Shown: positions 1-9,310 of the stretch, piece after piece
Layout: every line of letters starts with the position of its first letter
Numbering within the stretch: position 1 is the stretch's first letter
From: Thermodesulfobacteriota bacterium
GTDB lineage: Bacteria; Desulfobacterota; Desulfobacteria; Desulfobacterales; C00003060
Assembly (NCBI GenBank): GCA_034189385.1
Contig: JAXHVD010000003.1
Span: 64,001-128,000, forward strand
Direction of reading: 5' to 3'
Length of the DNA stretch: 64,000 nt
Program-made: the position numbers and the translations under genes
The notes under the pieces: model-generated
The model's input: the letters and a program-made list of their open reading frames with translations, nothing else
What the model was told of the DNA's origin: nothing
The model's database searches: none

Positions 1-138
1 CGTGAAGAGCAGGATACAGATCTTCTCTATGAGCTGCAGAGAAGGAATTATCCCAGGGATGAAAAGGACCCAAAATACTTGGTCTTCTTTCACATCGATG
101 AGGTCCTTCCCCTCATTGGCTCGGGAGAGAAGAAATAG
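1..138 (+). CDS. 3' end of a gene running off the window; probable pyridoxamine 5'-phosphate oxidase-like (FMN-binding) family protein
   Basis: Frame 1 is open from base 1: REEQDTDLLYELQRRNYPRDEKDPKYLVFFHIDEVLPLIGSGEKK*, TAG at 136-138, convergent with the next gene. Family call is from recalled C-terminal similarity only. Confidence 0.55.
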   Translation, partial: REEQDTDLLYELQRRNYPRDEKDPKYLVFFHIDEVLPLIGSGEKK

Positions 139-146
139 GCGGACTG

Positions 147-1103
147 CTATACGTGATTCCGTAACTGCAACTCCAGAGGATGGGGATGAAGATAGTACTG
201 CTCCTCTAGGTAAGGCTGATCGTATTTTCGGACATAATGGTTCATGAGAGTGATGGGAACGATGAGGGGCACGTATTGTTGACGATATTGATCTATGACC
301 CCCAGTAGTTCCTGTTTTTCATCGGAAGAGAGCTCTTTTTTGAAATAGCCCATTATATGCTGCAAGACATTGGCGTTTTTCTTCACCGTGGTTTTGAGTC
401 TCAGGGCCTCCATTAGAAGCCCTTCATAGGTTTCATATACCTCCTTGAGGGGCGTCCCCTTGGCCCATGCCACGAGTCTTCCCATCATCTGGTAGTGTTT
501 CGGGCTGTGAGAAAGAATCAAGAGTTTGTGTTTTGTGTGAAAAGTTACCAGGCGTCCCCGGGCCTTTGGTTGACCCAAGAGTTCCCGCCACCTTCTAAAG
601 ACGAAGATCCTTTCGATGAAATTCTCTCTGAGTTTGGGGTCGTGAAGACGTCCCTCCTCTTCAACGGGAACCAGGGGAAAGTGTTCCATGAATGCGCGAG
701 CAAATATTCCCACCCCTTTCTTCACCGGCATCCCTTTTTCATTGTACACCCTCACCCTTTCCATACCGCTGCTGGGAGAATTGCTCTTGAAGATGAAACC
801 GCAAAGGTCTTCTGATTCCAGCTCACCTACACGCCTGTGGGCCCACATGAGCATCCGTTCCGTATGATCCTCGTTGCTCCTGGAAGTCACCAGACGGGGG
901 GCGGCGGGATCCCCTACAAGCCGTAAAGACTCTCTGGGGATACCGAATCCGCACTCCACTTCAGGACATACAGGAAAGTATTCCACGAAGCGGCCCAGGG
1001 TGTCGGTCAGGAAGCGGTCCAGTTTATGCCCGCCGTCGTACCGGACCTGTTCACCGAGCAAGCATGTACTGATTCCCAGTTTGATGGTCGACCCCATCGC
1101 CAT
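147..1103 (-). CDS. DUF523 (2-thiouracil desulfurase-like) + DUF1722/YbgA fusion protein
   Basis: Motifs STCLLGEQVRYDGGH, CPEVECGFGIPRE, KSNSPSSG, VEEEGRL; C-terminal NVLQHIMGYFK and YLEEQYYLHPHP are typical of YbgA. Confidence 0.9.
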   Translation of the reverse strand: MAMGSTIKLGISTCLLGEQVRYDGGHKLDRFLTDTLGRFVEYFPVCPEVECGFGIPRESLRLVGDPAAPRLVTSRSNEDHTERMLMWAHRRVGELESEDLCGFIFKSNSPSSGMERVRVYNEKGMPVKKGVGIFARAFMEHFPLVPVEEEGRLHDPKLRENFIERIFVFRRWRELLGQPKARGRLVTFHTKHKLLILSHSPKHYQMMGRLVAWAKGTPLKEVYETYEGLLMEALRLKTTVKKNANVLQHIMGYFKKELSSDEKQELLGVIDQYRQQYVPLIVPITLMNHYVRKYDQPYLEEQYYLHPHPLELQLRNHV

Positions 1104-1227
1104 CTGTCGCAGCCATCCTTTTCTGAATCATTTGCAGACTGATGGTCTTTATAGTATATTTATTTCCTGTAAGAGTCAAAGCAAACCTAAACCACGTCTG
1201 TACAATAGGCTGAAAAGGAGATGGAAG

Positions 1228-2205
1228 ATGCATGACATGCCCCAAAATATCCTTCTCACCGGCCCTACAGGCTTCATCGGCGGGCGCCTGTTGCATGCTC
1301 TGGACGAAGAAGGCCTGCGGGTGCGATGCCTTGTTCGTATATCAGAGGAGTTGGTGATCAAGCAACCGCTCAAAGAGGAGCCGGAAGTGGGCTATGCCGA
1401 CCTGCTCCAGCCGGAGACGCTCCCGCAGGTCATGGAAGGGATGGACGCTGCCTTCTATCTGGTCCATTCCATGGGAGGACGAAGCATAGCGGAAACCAAG
1501 GCCTTTGCAGAAAGAGACCGAAAATGCGCCAAGAACTTCTTGAAGGCAGCAGAAGAAGCCGGTGTCAAGCGGATCATTTATCTGGGAGGTCTAGGCGAGA
1601 CTGGAGACAAGCTTTCCAAACACCTTGCCAGTCGCCAGGAAGTAGCCCACATCCTCCAGTCCGGCAGTCTCCAGACCACTGCCCTGCGGGCGGCGGTCAT
1701 TATTGGGGCCGGCGGTGCCTCCTTTGAGTTGATCCGCTATCTGGCCGAACGCCTGCCCGTGATGATGTGCCCCCGGTGGATTGACACCCGTTCTCAGCCT
1801 ATCGCCGTGCAGGATGTCATTTCCTATTTGGTCCGATGCCTACGCGAGCCGGCCACCGCCGGTGAAACCCTCGATATCGGTGGGCCAGATATTGTCACCT
1901 ACCGAGAGATGGTAGAGATCTATGCCCGGGTCCGGGGCCTGCACAGATTCCTTTTTACCGTTCCTGTCCTCACGCCGCGGCTTTCTGCCTACTGGATCAA
2001 TCTCATCACGCCGGTGCCGGCGGGTATTGTCTTCCCCTTGGTGGAAGGGCTCAAGAATGAGGTCATCTGCCGGGATAACCGCATCCGGGATCTCATACCC
2101 CTGGATCTTATGACCATGGAAGAGGCGATTTGTACCGCTCTGACCGAGACGGAGAAGGGACCCGGCCAGCTTCCCTCGCAACAGGCGTGCTTTCTCCGCC
2201 AGTGA
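1228..2205 (+). CDS. NAD(P)-binding atypical SDR/epimerase (YbjT-like)
   Basis: LLTGPTGFIGG Rossmann motif, AFYLVHSM, IIYLGGLG, SKHLASR, LRAAVIIGAG; AAGGAG RBS before ATG 1228 (track start at 874 is an overextension). Confidence 0.88.
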   Translation: MHDMPQNILLTGPTGFIGGRLLHALDEEGLRVRCLVRISEELVIKQPLKEEPEVGYADLLQPETLPQVMEGMDAAFYLVHSMGGRSIAETKAFAERDRKCAKNFLKAAEEAGVKRIIYLGGLGETGDKLSKHLASRQEVAHILQSGSLQTTALRAAVIIGAGGASFELIRYLAERLPVMMCPRWIDTRSQPIAVQDVISYLVRCLREPATAGETLDIGGPDIVTYREMVEIYARVRGLHRFLFTVPVLTPRLSAYWINLITPVPAGIVFPLVEGLKNEVICRDNRIRDLIPLDLMTMEEAICTALTETEKGPGQLPSQQACFLRQ

Positions 2206-2214
2206 CGGTCATCC

Positions 2215-2904
2215 ATGACTTGCCCCAAGAGGTCATTCATAAAGATCCGTCTGGGCTTTTCCAATGCCTATCTACTTCGAGGGAAAGAGCGGACGATCCT
2301 GGTCGATGCAGGCAGTCTCCAACAGGAGGGGGCCTTTGTTCGCAATTTGGAAAGACACGGCATTTCTGCTTATGATATCGCCCTCATTGTCGTCACCCAT
2401 GCCCATTTTGATCATGTAGGAAGCCTCAAAGCCATCCAGCAGCATTGCCAGTGTCCGGTAGCCATCCATGAAGAAGAGGCCCGGTTGGTAAGGCAGGGTG
2501 CGGTGGTCTTTCCTCCAGGCACCAACCTCTTCGGTAAAGCCGCTTCCTATTTGGGTAAGCGGCTCATAAAGTCCTTCTTTAGGTTCCCTGCCATGGAGCC
2601 TGACATCATCATTTCCCAGGACTTCTCTCTTGAGCCATTTGGGATCTTGGGGAACATCATTTCCACAAAGGGCCATACCGAGGGGTCATTGTCTGTGCTT
2701 CTTGCCAGCGGAGAAGCATTTGTGGGCGATTTGGCCGCAAACTACCTTCCCTTCGGCCTCGGGCCCATCTTTCCACCCTTTGCCGAAAACGTTTCAGACC
2801 TCCTTACAAGCTGGCGAAGAGTTCTGGCCCTTGGGGCCAGAATCATCTGTCCCGGCCACGGCAAACCCTTTAAGGCGGAATGGCTCGAAAAAAGACTGGG
2901 TTAA
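2215..2904 (+). CDS. MBL-fold metallo-hydrolase
   Basis: LVDAG, THAHFDHVG (HxHxDH), GHTEGS, FVGD, PGHG motifs. Confidence 0.9.
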   Translation: MTCPKRSFIKIRLGFSNAYLLRGKERTILVDAGSLQQEGAFVRNLERHGISAYDIALIVVTHAHFDHVGSLKAIQQHCQCPVAIHEEEARLVRQGAVVFPPGTNLFGKAASYLGKRLIKSFFRFPAMEPDIIISQDFSLEPFGILGNIISTKGHTEGSLSVLLASGEAFVGDLAANYLPFGLGPIFPPFAENVSDLLTSWRRVLALGARIICPGHGKPFKAEWLEKRLG

Positions 2905-3155
2905 GGAGTAAACCGAAGGCGTGGCTCCCATCCCCCCATTTGAATGACTCCCTGTGACCAGGTTGATTTTCGCCGGAACATGCTTATTATGGTGAAAAGA
3001 AGGCGTGGCCGTAAAATAACGGTTCAACCCGTTTAAGGCAACGATCATGGCCGCGAAAGGGAAGAAGGATCACGTCCGATTATCAAACCCGGCATTTTCA
3101 TGTGAGTGGATGATGACGATTTCGCCTACTGGACCGGTGTATGGAGGTGATAACT

Positions 3156-3491
3156 ATGAGAAACAACCTGGATGAAGTACTCACCAACATTGGGGAGGAA
3201 CACAAGGAAGATATCTTGGACGGCTCCAGGTTCTACCTTGAGGTAGACATTGGAAAACGGGCTGAACAAATGGGTTATTCTGACGTAAGAGAGAAGTATC
3301 CCGATGCCGAGGCCGTGGTGCCAATAAAGGAAGCCAAAAGGGGAGTGAAAGTACGGATTGATGGAAGGACTTATGTGAACTACGCTCAGCTTGAATCGGG
3401 CATTGCGGTGCCAGGCCATGTTGCCAAGGAATCAGGGTTGCCTCACAAAACCTATAAGCCCAATCACAGTATGATACGCCATTTTAGGTGA
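3156..3491 (+). CDS. hypothetical protein (~111 aa)
   Basis: GGAGGT RBS before ATG 3156, protein-like composition, followed by an intrinsic terminator. Confidence 0.75.
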   Translation: MRNNLDEVLTNIGEEHKEDILDGSRFYLEVDIGKRAEQMGYSDVREKYPDAEAVVPIKEAKRGVKVRIDGRTYVNYAQLESGIAVPGHVAKESGLPHKTYKPNHSMIRHFR

Positions 3492-3516
3492 CGCAAAGCG
3501 CTTTTCTGAGAAAACA

Positions 3517-3549
3517 AAGGCGGGGTCTGAAACAGCCCTGCCTTTTCTT
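3517..3549 (+). terminator. Rho-independent terminator
   Basis: aaggcggggtctg-aaa-cagccctgcctt hairpin followed by ttttctt, 25 nt after the stop at 3491. Confidence 0.75.
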
Positions 3550-3558
3550 GTTACTGAG

Positions 3559-3714
3559 GTGAAGTCACGGGCAAGGATTGCTGTGAAGCGTCCTTTAAAA
3601 CCTCCACCGGTTCATCTGGGTGACATTTTGTGTGAAGACGTACCTCTCCCCCTTGATCTGTCAGTAAGTAAAGCTGCGAGGCGACTCGAAATCTCTTCCC
3701 CCTCGCCTTTTTGA
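3559..3714 (+). pseudogene. truncated HigA-family antitoxin (HTH) remnant
   Basis: Translates as ...VKRPLKPPPVHLGDILCEDVPLPLDLSVSKAARRLEIS.., matching the HigA N-terminal pattern PxHPGEIL.E.FL.PLGLS...AxxLG.S, then stops within the HTH. Confidence 0.6.
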
Positions 3715-3733
3715 GGCGGTAGCCCTTTGCCCC

Positions 3734-3946
3734 TTAATCGCCTTCGTACTTGAAGGAGACATTTATCCTGGCACGATAAGCGGCAACCTTGCCGTTTTCT
3801 ACCTTCATGTCGAGCTTGACAACCTCAGCGATACGGAGGTTACGTAGGGTCTTTCCGGCTCGCGCAACTGCTGCTGCTGCTGCTTTTTCCCAGGATTCGG
3901 TACTGGTTCCCACCAACTCAATGATCTTGTAGACACTCTCTGACAT
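3734..3946 (-). CDS. dodecin family flavin-binding protein
   Basis: MSESVYKIIELVGTSTESWEKAA...LRIAEVVKLDMKVENGKVAAYRARINVSFKYE is a typical dodecin sequence. Confidence 0.93.
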   Translation of the reverse strand: MSESVYKIIELVGTSTESWEKAAAAAVARAGKTLRNLRIAEVVKLDMKVENGKVAAYRARINVSFKYEGD

Positions 3947-4461
3947 GTCATCCCCCTTTCCGGTTTAGAAAATGCTTATTATGGCGCAAACCATGCATAA
4001 GATCTCATGAATATTCTAATGGGAAAGTGGTACCGTTTTTGGGTCTTGTGGGCTCTTAGAACCAGTAGTAAAATGAGAGCGGGGTCAGTCAGAATCCAAG
4101 TCACTGGGAAATAGGACCGTGTCCCTCAGAGCACCTCTAATAAACCCCTTTACAGGATCGTTTTTCAAAATGCAAGGGAATACTTATGTAGGCAATCTCA
4201 AGGGGAAAAGCGTGAACGAGGCCCCTTCTGCAGGTCCATGACGGTGAGGTGGGGGAAGAGAGCCTAATCCTGATACACGATGGCGCCTATAAGTAAAAAG
4301 CTCACAGGCACGCCCTTTGGTTGACGATTTTGAGTATGACTTCTCGTCAACACCGAATAGTAGAGACGAATTCGATGGGCTTTCCTTCAGCTTCAATGGT
4401 CGCAAGAAATCAAGGCGAAACGAAGTCTCCCCAAAGGCTTGCGGTATCTCACATACAAGCC

Positions 4462-5505
4462 CTAGAACAAATGGACATCGGCGGCTTTGAATGTTAAATA
4501 GACGCTACTCCCCTGCCTCAGCTTCATGTCGTCAAAAGAACAGCGCGTTAGCGCCGCCACCATCCTTAAACCCGCATCTACGGAGATCCTTACGACTGCT
4601 CCCCCATCCATGATCTTCCTGACGTGGCCTTTCAAGCAATTCTGTGCGCTCGAATCCAGCGGTTTTCGCGAGACCAGGATATGTTCAGGCCGGACCGAGG
4701 CATGGACCTGTCCCTCCTTAGCCGCGACGGACAGAATCTTTTGCCCCTCGATATCGACCATCGCTAGACCATCTTTCATCGTAGACATCCCCCTGAAAAG
4801 GTTGCCGATACCCAGAAACCGGGCCACAAAACCACAGTTCGGCCGGCTAAACACCTCCACGGGTTCGCCGGTTTGAATAACCTTTCCCGAATTCATGATG
4901 GCCATTTGGTTGCCCAGCAGGAACGCCTCTTCAAAGCTATGACTGACGTGCAAAATGGTAATGTCTGTTGAACTATGAAGGCGTTGAAGCTCTTCGCGCA
5001 GTTTGCCTTTGGTCTCGGCATCCAGAGCGCTCAGCGGTTCATCGAGCAACAACACTTCTGGTTTTACAATCAGGGCCCGAGCGATGGCAACTCTTTGTTG
5101 TTCCCCACCGCTTAAGGTCCCGGGATAGCGGTGCCTGAGGTGGTCGATCCGAAGAAATTCTGTCAGCTCAGCGACTTCTTGTCTAGCCTTTGCTCTGGGC
5201 ACCTTCCTCGTTCTGAGCCCGAATTGAATGTTTTCCTCCACATTCAGATGGGGAAAGAGCATGTAATCCTGATAGACCATGCCGATGTTTCGTTGCCGCG
5301 GGGGCAGCGCCGTAATATCTACACCTTTTAGGATAATGCTTCCTTGATCGGGAGTATAGATACCTGCAATGGTTTCGAGCAGAATCGTCTTTCCGGCGCC
5401 CGTAGGCCCCAGAACCATGAAATACTCCCCCTTCTCAATTTGGAGGGAAACATCTTTGAGAAAAAATTCGCCGAGGTCCTTAGATAGACAATCAACTCTT
5501 ATCAC
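4462..5505 (-). CDS. molybdate/tungstate ABC transporter ATP-binding protein (ModC/WtpC-like, C-terminal TOBE)
   Basis: Walker A GPTGAGKT, LSGGEQQR signature, LLLDEP, C-terminal TOBE (SAQNCLKG...VYLTFKA); GTG start at 5505 after GAGGTG. Confidence 0.9.
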   Translation of the reverse strand: MIRVDCLSKDLGEFFLKDVSLQIEKGEYFMVLGPTGAGKTILLETIAGIYTPDQGSIILKGVDITALPPRQRNIGMVYQDYMLFPHLNVEENIQFGLRTRKVPRAKARQEVAELTEFLRIDHLRHRYPGTLSGGEQQRVAIARALIVKPEVLLLDEPLSALDAETKGKLREELQRLHSSTDITILHVSHSFEEAFLLGNQMAIMNSGKVIQTGEPVEVFSRPNCGFVARFLGIGNLFRGMSTMKDGLAMVDIEGQKILSVAAKEGQVHASVRPEHILVSRKPLDSSAQNCLKGHVRKIMDGGAVVRISVDAGLRMVAALTRCSFDDMKLRQGSSVYLTFKAADVHLF

Positions 5506-5516
5506 TTGGCCCCACC

Positions 5517-6326
5517 TCAAAACACACGGGCAAATCCACTGAACTTTTCAAAGAGCAACAGGGAAATGAGCGATATAACAATCAAGATCGTCCCTGCGGC
5601 GATAGCCAGAGGGAGGTCCCCACAGGACATATTCAAGTAGAGCGAGATGGGCAAGGTCTCCGTTTTCATCCTCGTTGCTCCGGCCACCATCAGTGCAGCG
5701 CCGAATTCGCCGATACCCTTGCACCAGGTTATGATCGCCCCGGCCGCTAAACCGTTCTTCGCCATAGGGAGCGTGATCCTCCAGAAGGCCTGGACATCTG
5801 TCGCCCCCAGGGTCTGGGCCACATATTCATAGCGGGGATTAATTCCCTGGAAGGTAGACCGGAGGATTCGAAACATGAAAGGCATATTCACAAAGAACTG
5901 CGCCATCACGATGCCTGCGGGCGTAAAGACAAACGCAAGGCCTAGCTCCGCAAGCCCCTTTCCAAAAGAGGTCGTACCAAAAAAGATAAGCAGTCCAACG
6001 CCTGCTACCAGAGGGGGAAGGGCCAGGGGGGCATCCAGTATCATGTTCAACAGGCTCATTCCAAAAAAACGATATCGGGCCAGGGCATATGCCGCAGGAA
6101 CAGATACCACAATGCACATAATGGTGGATATGATCGATGTGATAAGGCTCATCCTGATGGCGAACTGGATTTCACTAGATCCGAGGCTCTCTATCAATGC
6201 CGACAGCGTCGTGTGCGTAGCAACACTCAACAGCAACAACAGGATAAAGACTCCAAGAACCAGGGCGCAACACAGGGTAATGACCTTCAGCTTTGATTTC
6301 TTGATTCGTGTGAAAACAGGAAACAT
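5517..6326 (-). CDS. molybdate/tungstate ABC transporter permease (ModB/WtpB-like)
   Basis: PLALPPLVAG, EAA-loop-like YEYVAQTLGA, GEFGA, TETLP motifs; multiple TM segments. Confidence 0.9.
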   Translation of the reverse strand: MFPVFTRIKKSKLKVITLCCALVLGVFILLLLLSVATHTTLSALIESLGSSEIQFAIRMSLITSIISTIMCIVVSVPAAYALARYRFFGMSLLNMILDAPLALPPLVAGVGLLIFFGTTSFGKGLAELGLAFVFTPAGIVMAQFFVNMPFMFRILRSTFQGINPRYEYVAQTLGATDVQAFWRITLPMAKNGLAAGAIITWCKGIGEFGAALMVAGATRMKTETLPISLYLNMSCGDLPLAIAAGTILIVISLISLLLFEKFSGFARVF

Positions 6327-6338
6327 ACAAGCATGCCT

Positions 6339-7127
6339 TTATTCATATTCGGGATTGGGATAGGTGATAAAACCGTGTTTTTCAAAAATCCCCTTGCCTT
6401 CTTCGGATGCACAGAAATCGACAAATTGCTTCGCTTTGACCGGATGCTTTGAAAACGTGGTGACTCCTATGGGAATCACCTTGATGACGTTTTTCTCCTT
6501 GGGTATCTCTATGACCTCAATTTTTCCCACAAATTTTACCGTATCCCACCAATTGATTGAGGCGTCCGCCTGTTCCATGGCAATGTATATGATCAATTCA
6601 TTCATGGTCGCCGTGGTGTCGACACCTTTGGCCCAGACCGCGTCTTTGAGGTCGTTTTTTTTGAGGATTTTGTTCCCAATCTTCCCGATTGCAGCCACTT
6701 TCGGGTCCCCGAAGACGAGCCGCACGTCCGGTCTTGCCAAATCCTTCAAACCGGAGATGTTGGCAGGATTTCCTTTTGGCACCGTAATCACAGGAATGTG
6801 ATACGCAACACCTTGCTGGTATCCGATCAGTCCCTTTTCCCGGGCGATATCAATATAAAGGGTTGCACCAGGCATGTAGGCATCTCCCTTTTTCGTAAGC
6901 TGCATCTGGCTCAACAGGGCATTCGAGCCAGCATAGTTGTAATGCACCTTGGTTCCGAATTTCTTCTGAAATAGTCCACCAATCTCATCCATGGGTTTCC
7001 TCATGCCAGCCCCGCTGTAGACCATGATCGATTCTGCCTCCTGTGCGCCCGCCGGGAGCACTGCGACTACGAAAATAAGCAGCACGGCAAGTGCGCCCAT
7101 GGTGTTTCTGACACAGGTCCTCTTCAT
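6339..7127 (-). CDS. modA: molybdate/tungstate ABC transporter substrate-binding protein
   Basis: Signal peptide, VYSGAGMRKPM, YAGSNALLSQ, VPKGNP, GDPKVAAIG, C-terminal GKGIFEKHGF; GGAGGT RBS before ATG 7127. Confidence 0.85.
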   Translation of the reverse strand: MKRTCVRNTMGALAVLLIFVVAVLPAGAQEAESIMVYSGAGMRKPMDEIGGLFQKKFGTKVHYNYAGSNALLSQMQLTKKGDAYMPGATLYIDIAREKGLIGYQQGVAYHIPVITVPKGNPANISGLKDLARPDVRLVFGDPKVAAIGKIGNKILKKNDLKDAVWAKGVDTTATMNELIIYIAMEQADASINWWDTVKFVGKIEVIEIPKEKNVIKVIPIGVTTFSKHPVKAKQFVDFCASEEGKGIFEKHGFITYPNPEYE

Positions 7128-7422
7128 TTTTACCTCCTGCAACGTGCCTGCGTTTGCCTCTATCTCCTTTGGGTTTCCCTGTCATTGACCTTTATTTTCT
7201 CAATAAGCAGTGGGATGCTTTTCTGGAATCCAAGGAGGCTTACCCCCACATATTAAGATATTGCATCAGCCCCTTATCGCAATCTCTTATTCCGTAGAGA
7301 TCATCTTCTTTCTATAAGGGAAGTCCTTTTCCCCGATATCGGCCCGCTTATGGGGATTTGGAATCGTCTTGGTCGGGTCCGCCAATCTTCCTCATTTTCG
7401 CCTCCTTTTCTCAAGTCGTTTT

Positions 7423-8829
7423 CTAAAGCCTAGCCCTCTGAAACAGTGGCGTCGAGTACTTCCACATCCACTGGAGGAATACCCAGTTTGCCTCCTCGTC
7501 AGAGGCTAGCTTCTTGGCAAATTCGTCCGGCCAGAAATGCCCGTAACCAAATTGAATCTCATGCCCTTTGGAAAAATCCAATTTGAATATGAGATCAAGC
7601 TCCCTGCCCACCTTGTCACCGGAGTTTCCGGTCTTGTCCCGGAACGCCTTGGGGTTCAGGGACCACCCATCTTCTCTCTCGGCCAACCAGAATTGGTGGT
7701 ACCCCCCTGTGAAGGAAAGCCATTTCCCAGGTTTGAGGTCAACGTTCACCTGGGCGTCCCTTAGGTTCTGCCACGCAAACAGATTCATCCGACCATACAT
7801 CTTGTCCTTGGCCCCGAAGGCACCGTCAAATGTTTCAAGGGTGCCGTCTGTGGGGTCGCTATCGCCAGAGGCATAGCTATACTCTAGAGTGACACGCGGT
7901 TTGAAAGCGATCTCTTCGAACCTGTAGCCAACCAGGCAATGATAACCGTAAGCATCAATGTCATCGCTGGCACGATCTCCTTCCTGCTTTATGAAAGTGA
8001 AGTCGAAGTCAAATCCATTGTAATTCGTCCTAAAAATCCTGGCGCCAAAGTAGTACGCGTCAAAGTCTCCGACTGGACCGTCCTCGCCCGTGTACCGGTC
8101 GTGGTCGTTCACCTTGGTCATTGAAAAGGGTTCAACCATTATACCCAGGAAGCTCTCCGGCAGCCTGAAGTGTCCGTAGAACCCTACACTCTCAAACCCA
8201 TGATTGTGGTCCCAACTCAAGTGGCTCGGGTCGTGGACCTTCGTCCCCCCATAGTATGCATCCAAGAACCCTCCCTCAAATGCATAATGGAGCAAAACGG
8301 CATCCCATTGCCACCTACCGGTGTTTCCCCATTGACCAGGACCGTAGATCCTTTTGTTACCGTAAGTGATAATCTGTCTTCCCGCTTTGATACTGAAGGG
8401 CAGGAGCTTCTTGATCTCCAGATAGGCATTGAAAGGCTCCCAATCATCCTCATAGGGATTGTGAAATCGACCGAATCTACTGTTATAAAATTCGCTCTCC
8501 TTTAGGGCCAAATCCCAGGCTTCAGAGTGCTGCATCCCCACAGAGAGATGGATCATTTCGTTGGGATAGTAATGGAATCCAAACCGGAATCTCCCGAGAA
8601 GGAATCCGTCATTTGACTTCCCGGCCCTGGGCTCATCTCCATAGAACTTACCGTTGAAATCATCCTGGTACTCATACCGAAAGCGGATATTGGTCCATGC
8701 ACAGAGTTTACTCTCCTTAGTGCCTTTCTTTCCGGCATGGCCGTAGCCCACAGGCATCAGAATAAGACTAAGTACAACTAAGACGAAGCCCCCTTTAGAC
8801 GTTGATCTCACGATGTACTCCTTTCGCAA
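7423..8829 (-). CDS. alginate export (AlgE) family outer-membrane beta-barrel protein
   Basis: Signal peptide, RFRYEY, KAGRQIITYG, YSYASGD.DP.DG, G.ELDL, QFGYGHFWP amphipathic aromatic strands; exact start uncertain. Confidence 0.8.
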   Translation of the reverse strand: MRKEYIVRSTSKGGFVLVVLSLILMPVGYGHAGKKGTKESKLCAWTNIRFRYEYQDDFNGKFYGDEPRAGKSNDGFLLGRFRFGFHYYPNEMIHLSVGMQHSEAWDLALKESEFYNSRFGRFHNPYEDDWEPFNAYLEIKKLLPFSIKAGRQIITYGNKRIYGPGQWGNTGRWQWDAVLLHYAFEGGFLDAYYGGTKVHDPSHLSWDHNHGFESVGFYGHFRLPESFLGIMVEPFSMTKVNDHDRYTGEDGPVGDFDAYYFGARIFRTNYNGFDFDFTFIKQEGDRASDDIDAYGYHCLVGYRFEEIAFKPRVTLEYSYASGDSDPTDGTLETFDGAFGAKDKMYGRMNLFAWQNLRDAQVNVDLKPGKWLSFTGGYHQFWLAEREDGWSLNPKAFRDKTGNSGDKVGRELDLIFKLDFSKGHEIQFGYGHFWPDEFAKKLASDEEANWVFLQWMWKYSTPLFQRARL

Positions 8830-9310
8830 TCTTGAAACAACTATCTCCGCAAAAGAGATATGGTCGACCCTGCAAACGGAATAGCAGTGCCGTGGAACCG
8901 ACCACTTTCCAAGCCATGGGTGAGCGTTACGATGTTGGGAGAAAAGCCTTTAGCTCACTGACAAGTGCCTGTCTTTTGCGCCACGCCTCCCCTCTTTGAC
9001 ACCCAGCCAATGCCCTCATATTCCCAGGCCAGAAGGGCTCAGGGCAACTCCACAAGCTAGAAGAGCGGTTACGGCGATGTAGCAGTCCCACCTTTTTGTA
9101 GTAAGAAAGACACCTAACGAAGGCCGCAGATAAGCATGGAACTGGAAGGTTTTCAAATAAGCAGAGCCGAGGAGTTGTTCGAGATTCTGAAGCAAGTTTT
9201 TTACCCAAGAACTATGCCAGTTTTGACATATAACATCCCAAAAAGAAAGGGGCTTCCTTTAAAAACGGCACCCCTTTTAACAGGCCTTTTCGGAGAACCT
9301 GAGGAAAGAG

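Noticed and set aside
874..1227. N-terminal extension of the SDR ORF in the track
   Set aside because: Overlaps the divergent DUF523 gene; RBS and Rossmann motif place the start at 1228.
3982..3997. sigma54-like TGGCGCAAACCATGCA on the plus strand
   Set aside because: Correct GG-N10-GC spacing but weak flanks and no downstream plus-strand gene; cannot be supported without transcript data.
4190..4265. FMN or glycine riboswitch near the dodecin gene
   Set aside because: Only short end-similarities, on the wrong strand for dodecin, and the conserved cores are missing.
9213..9238. ModE operator upstream of the mod operon
   Set aside because: Only one arm (catataacat) resembles the ModE box; the other half does not match.
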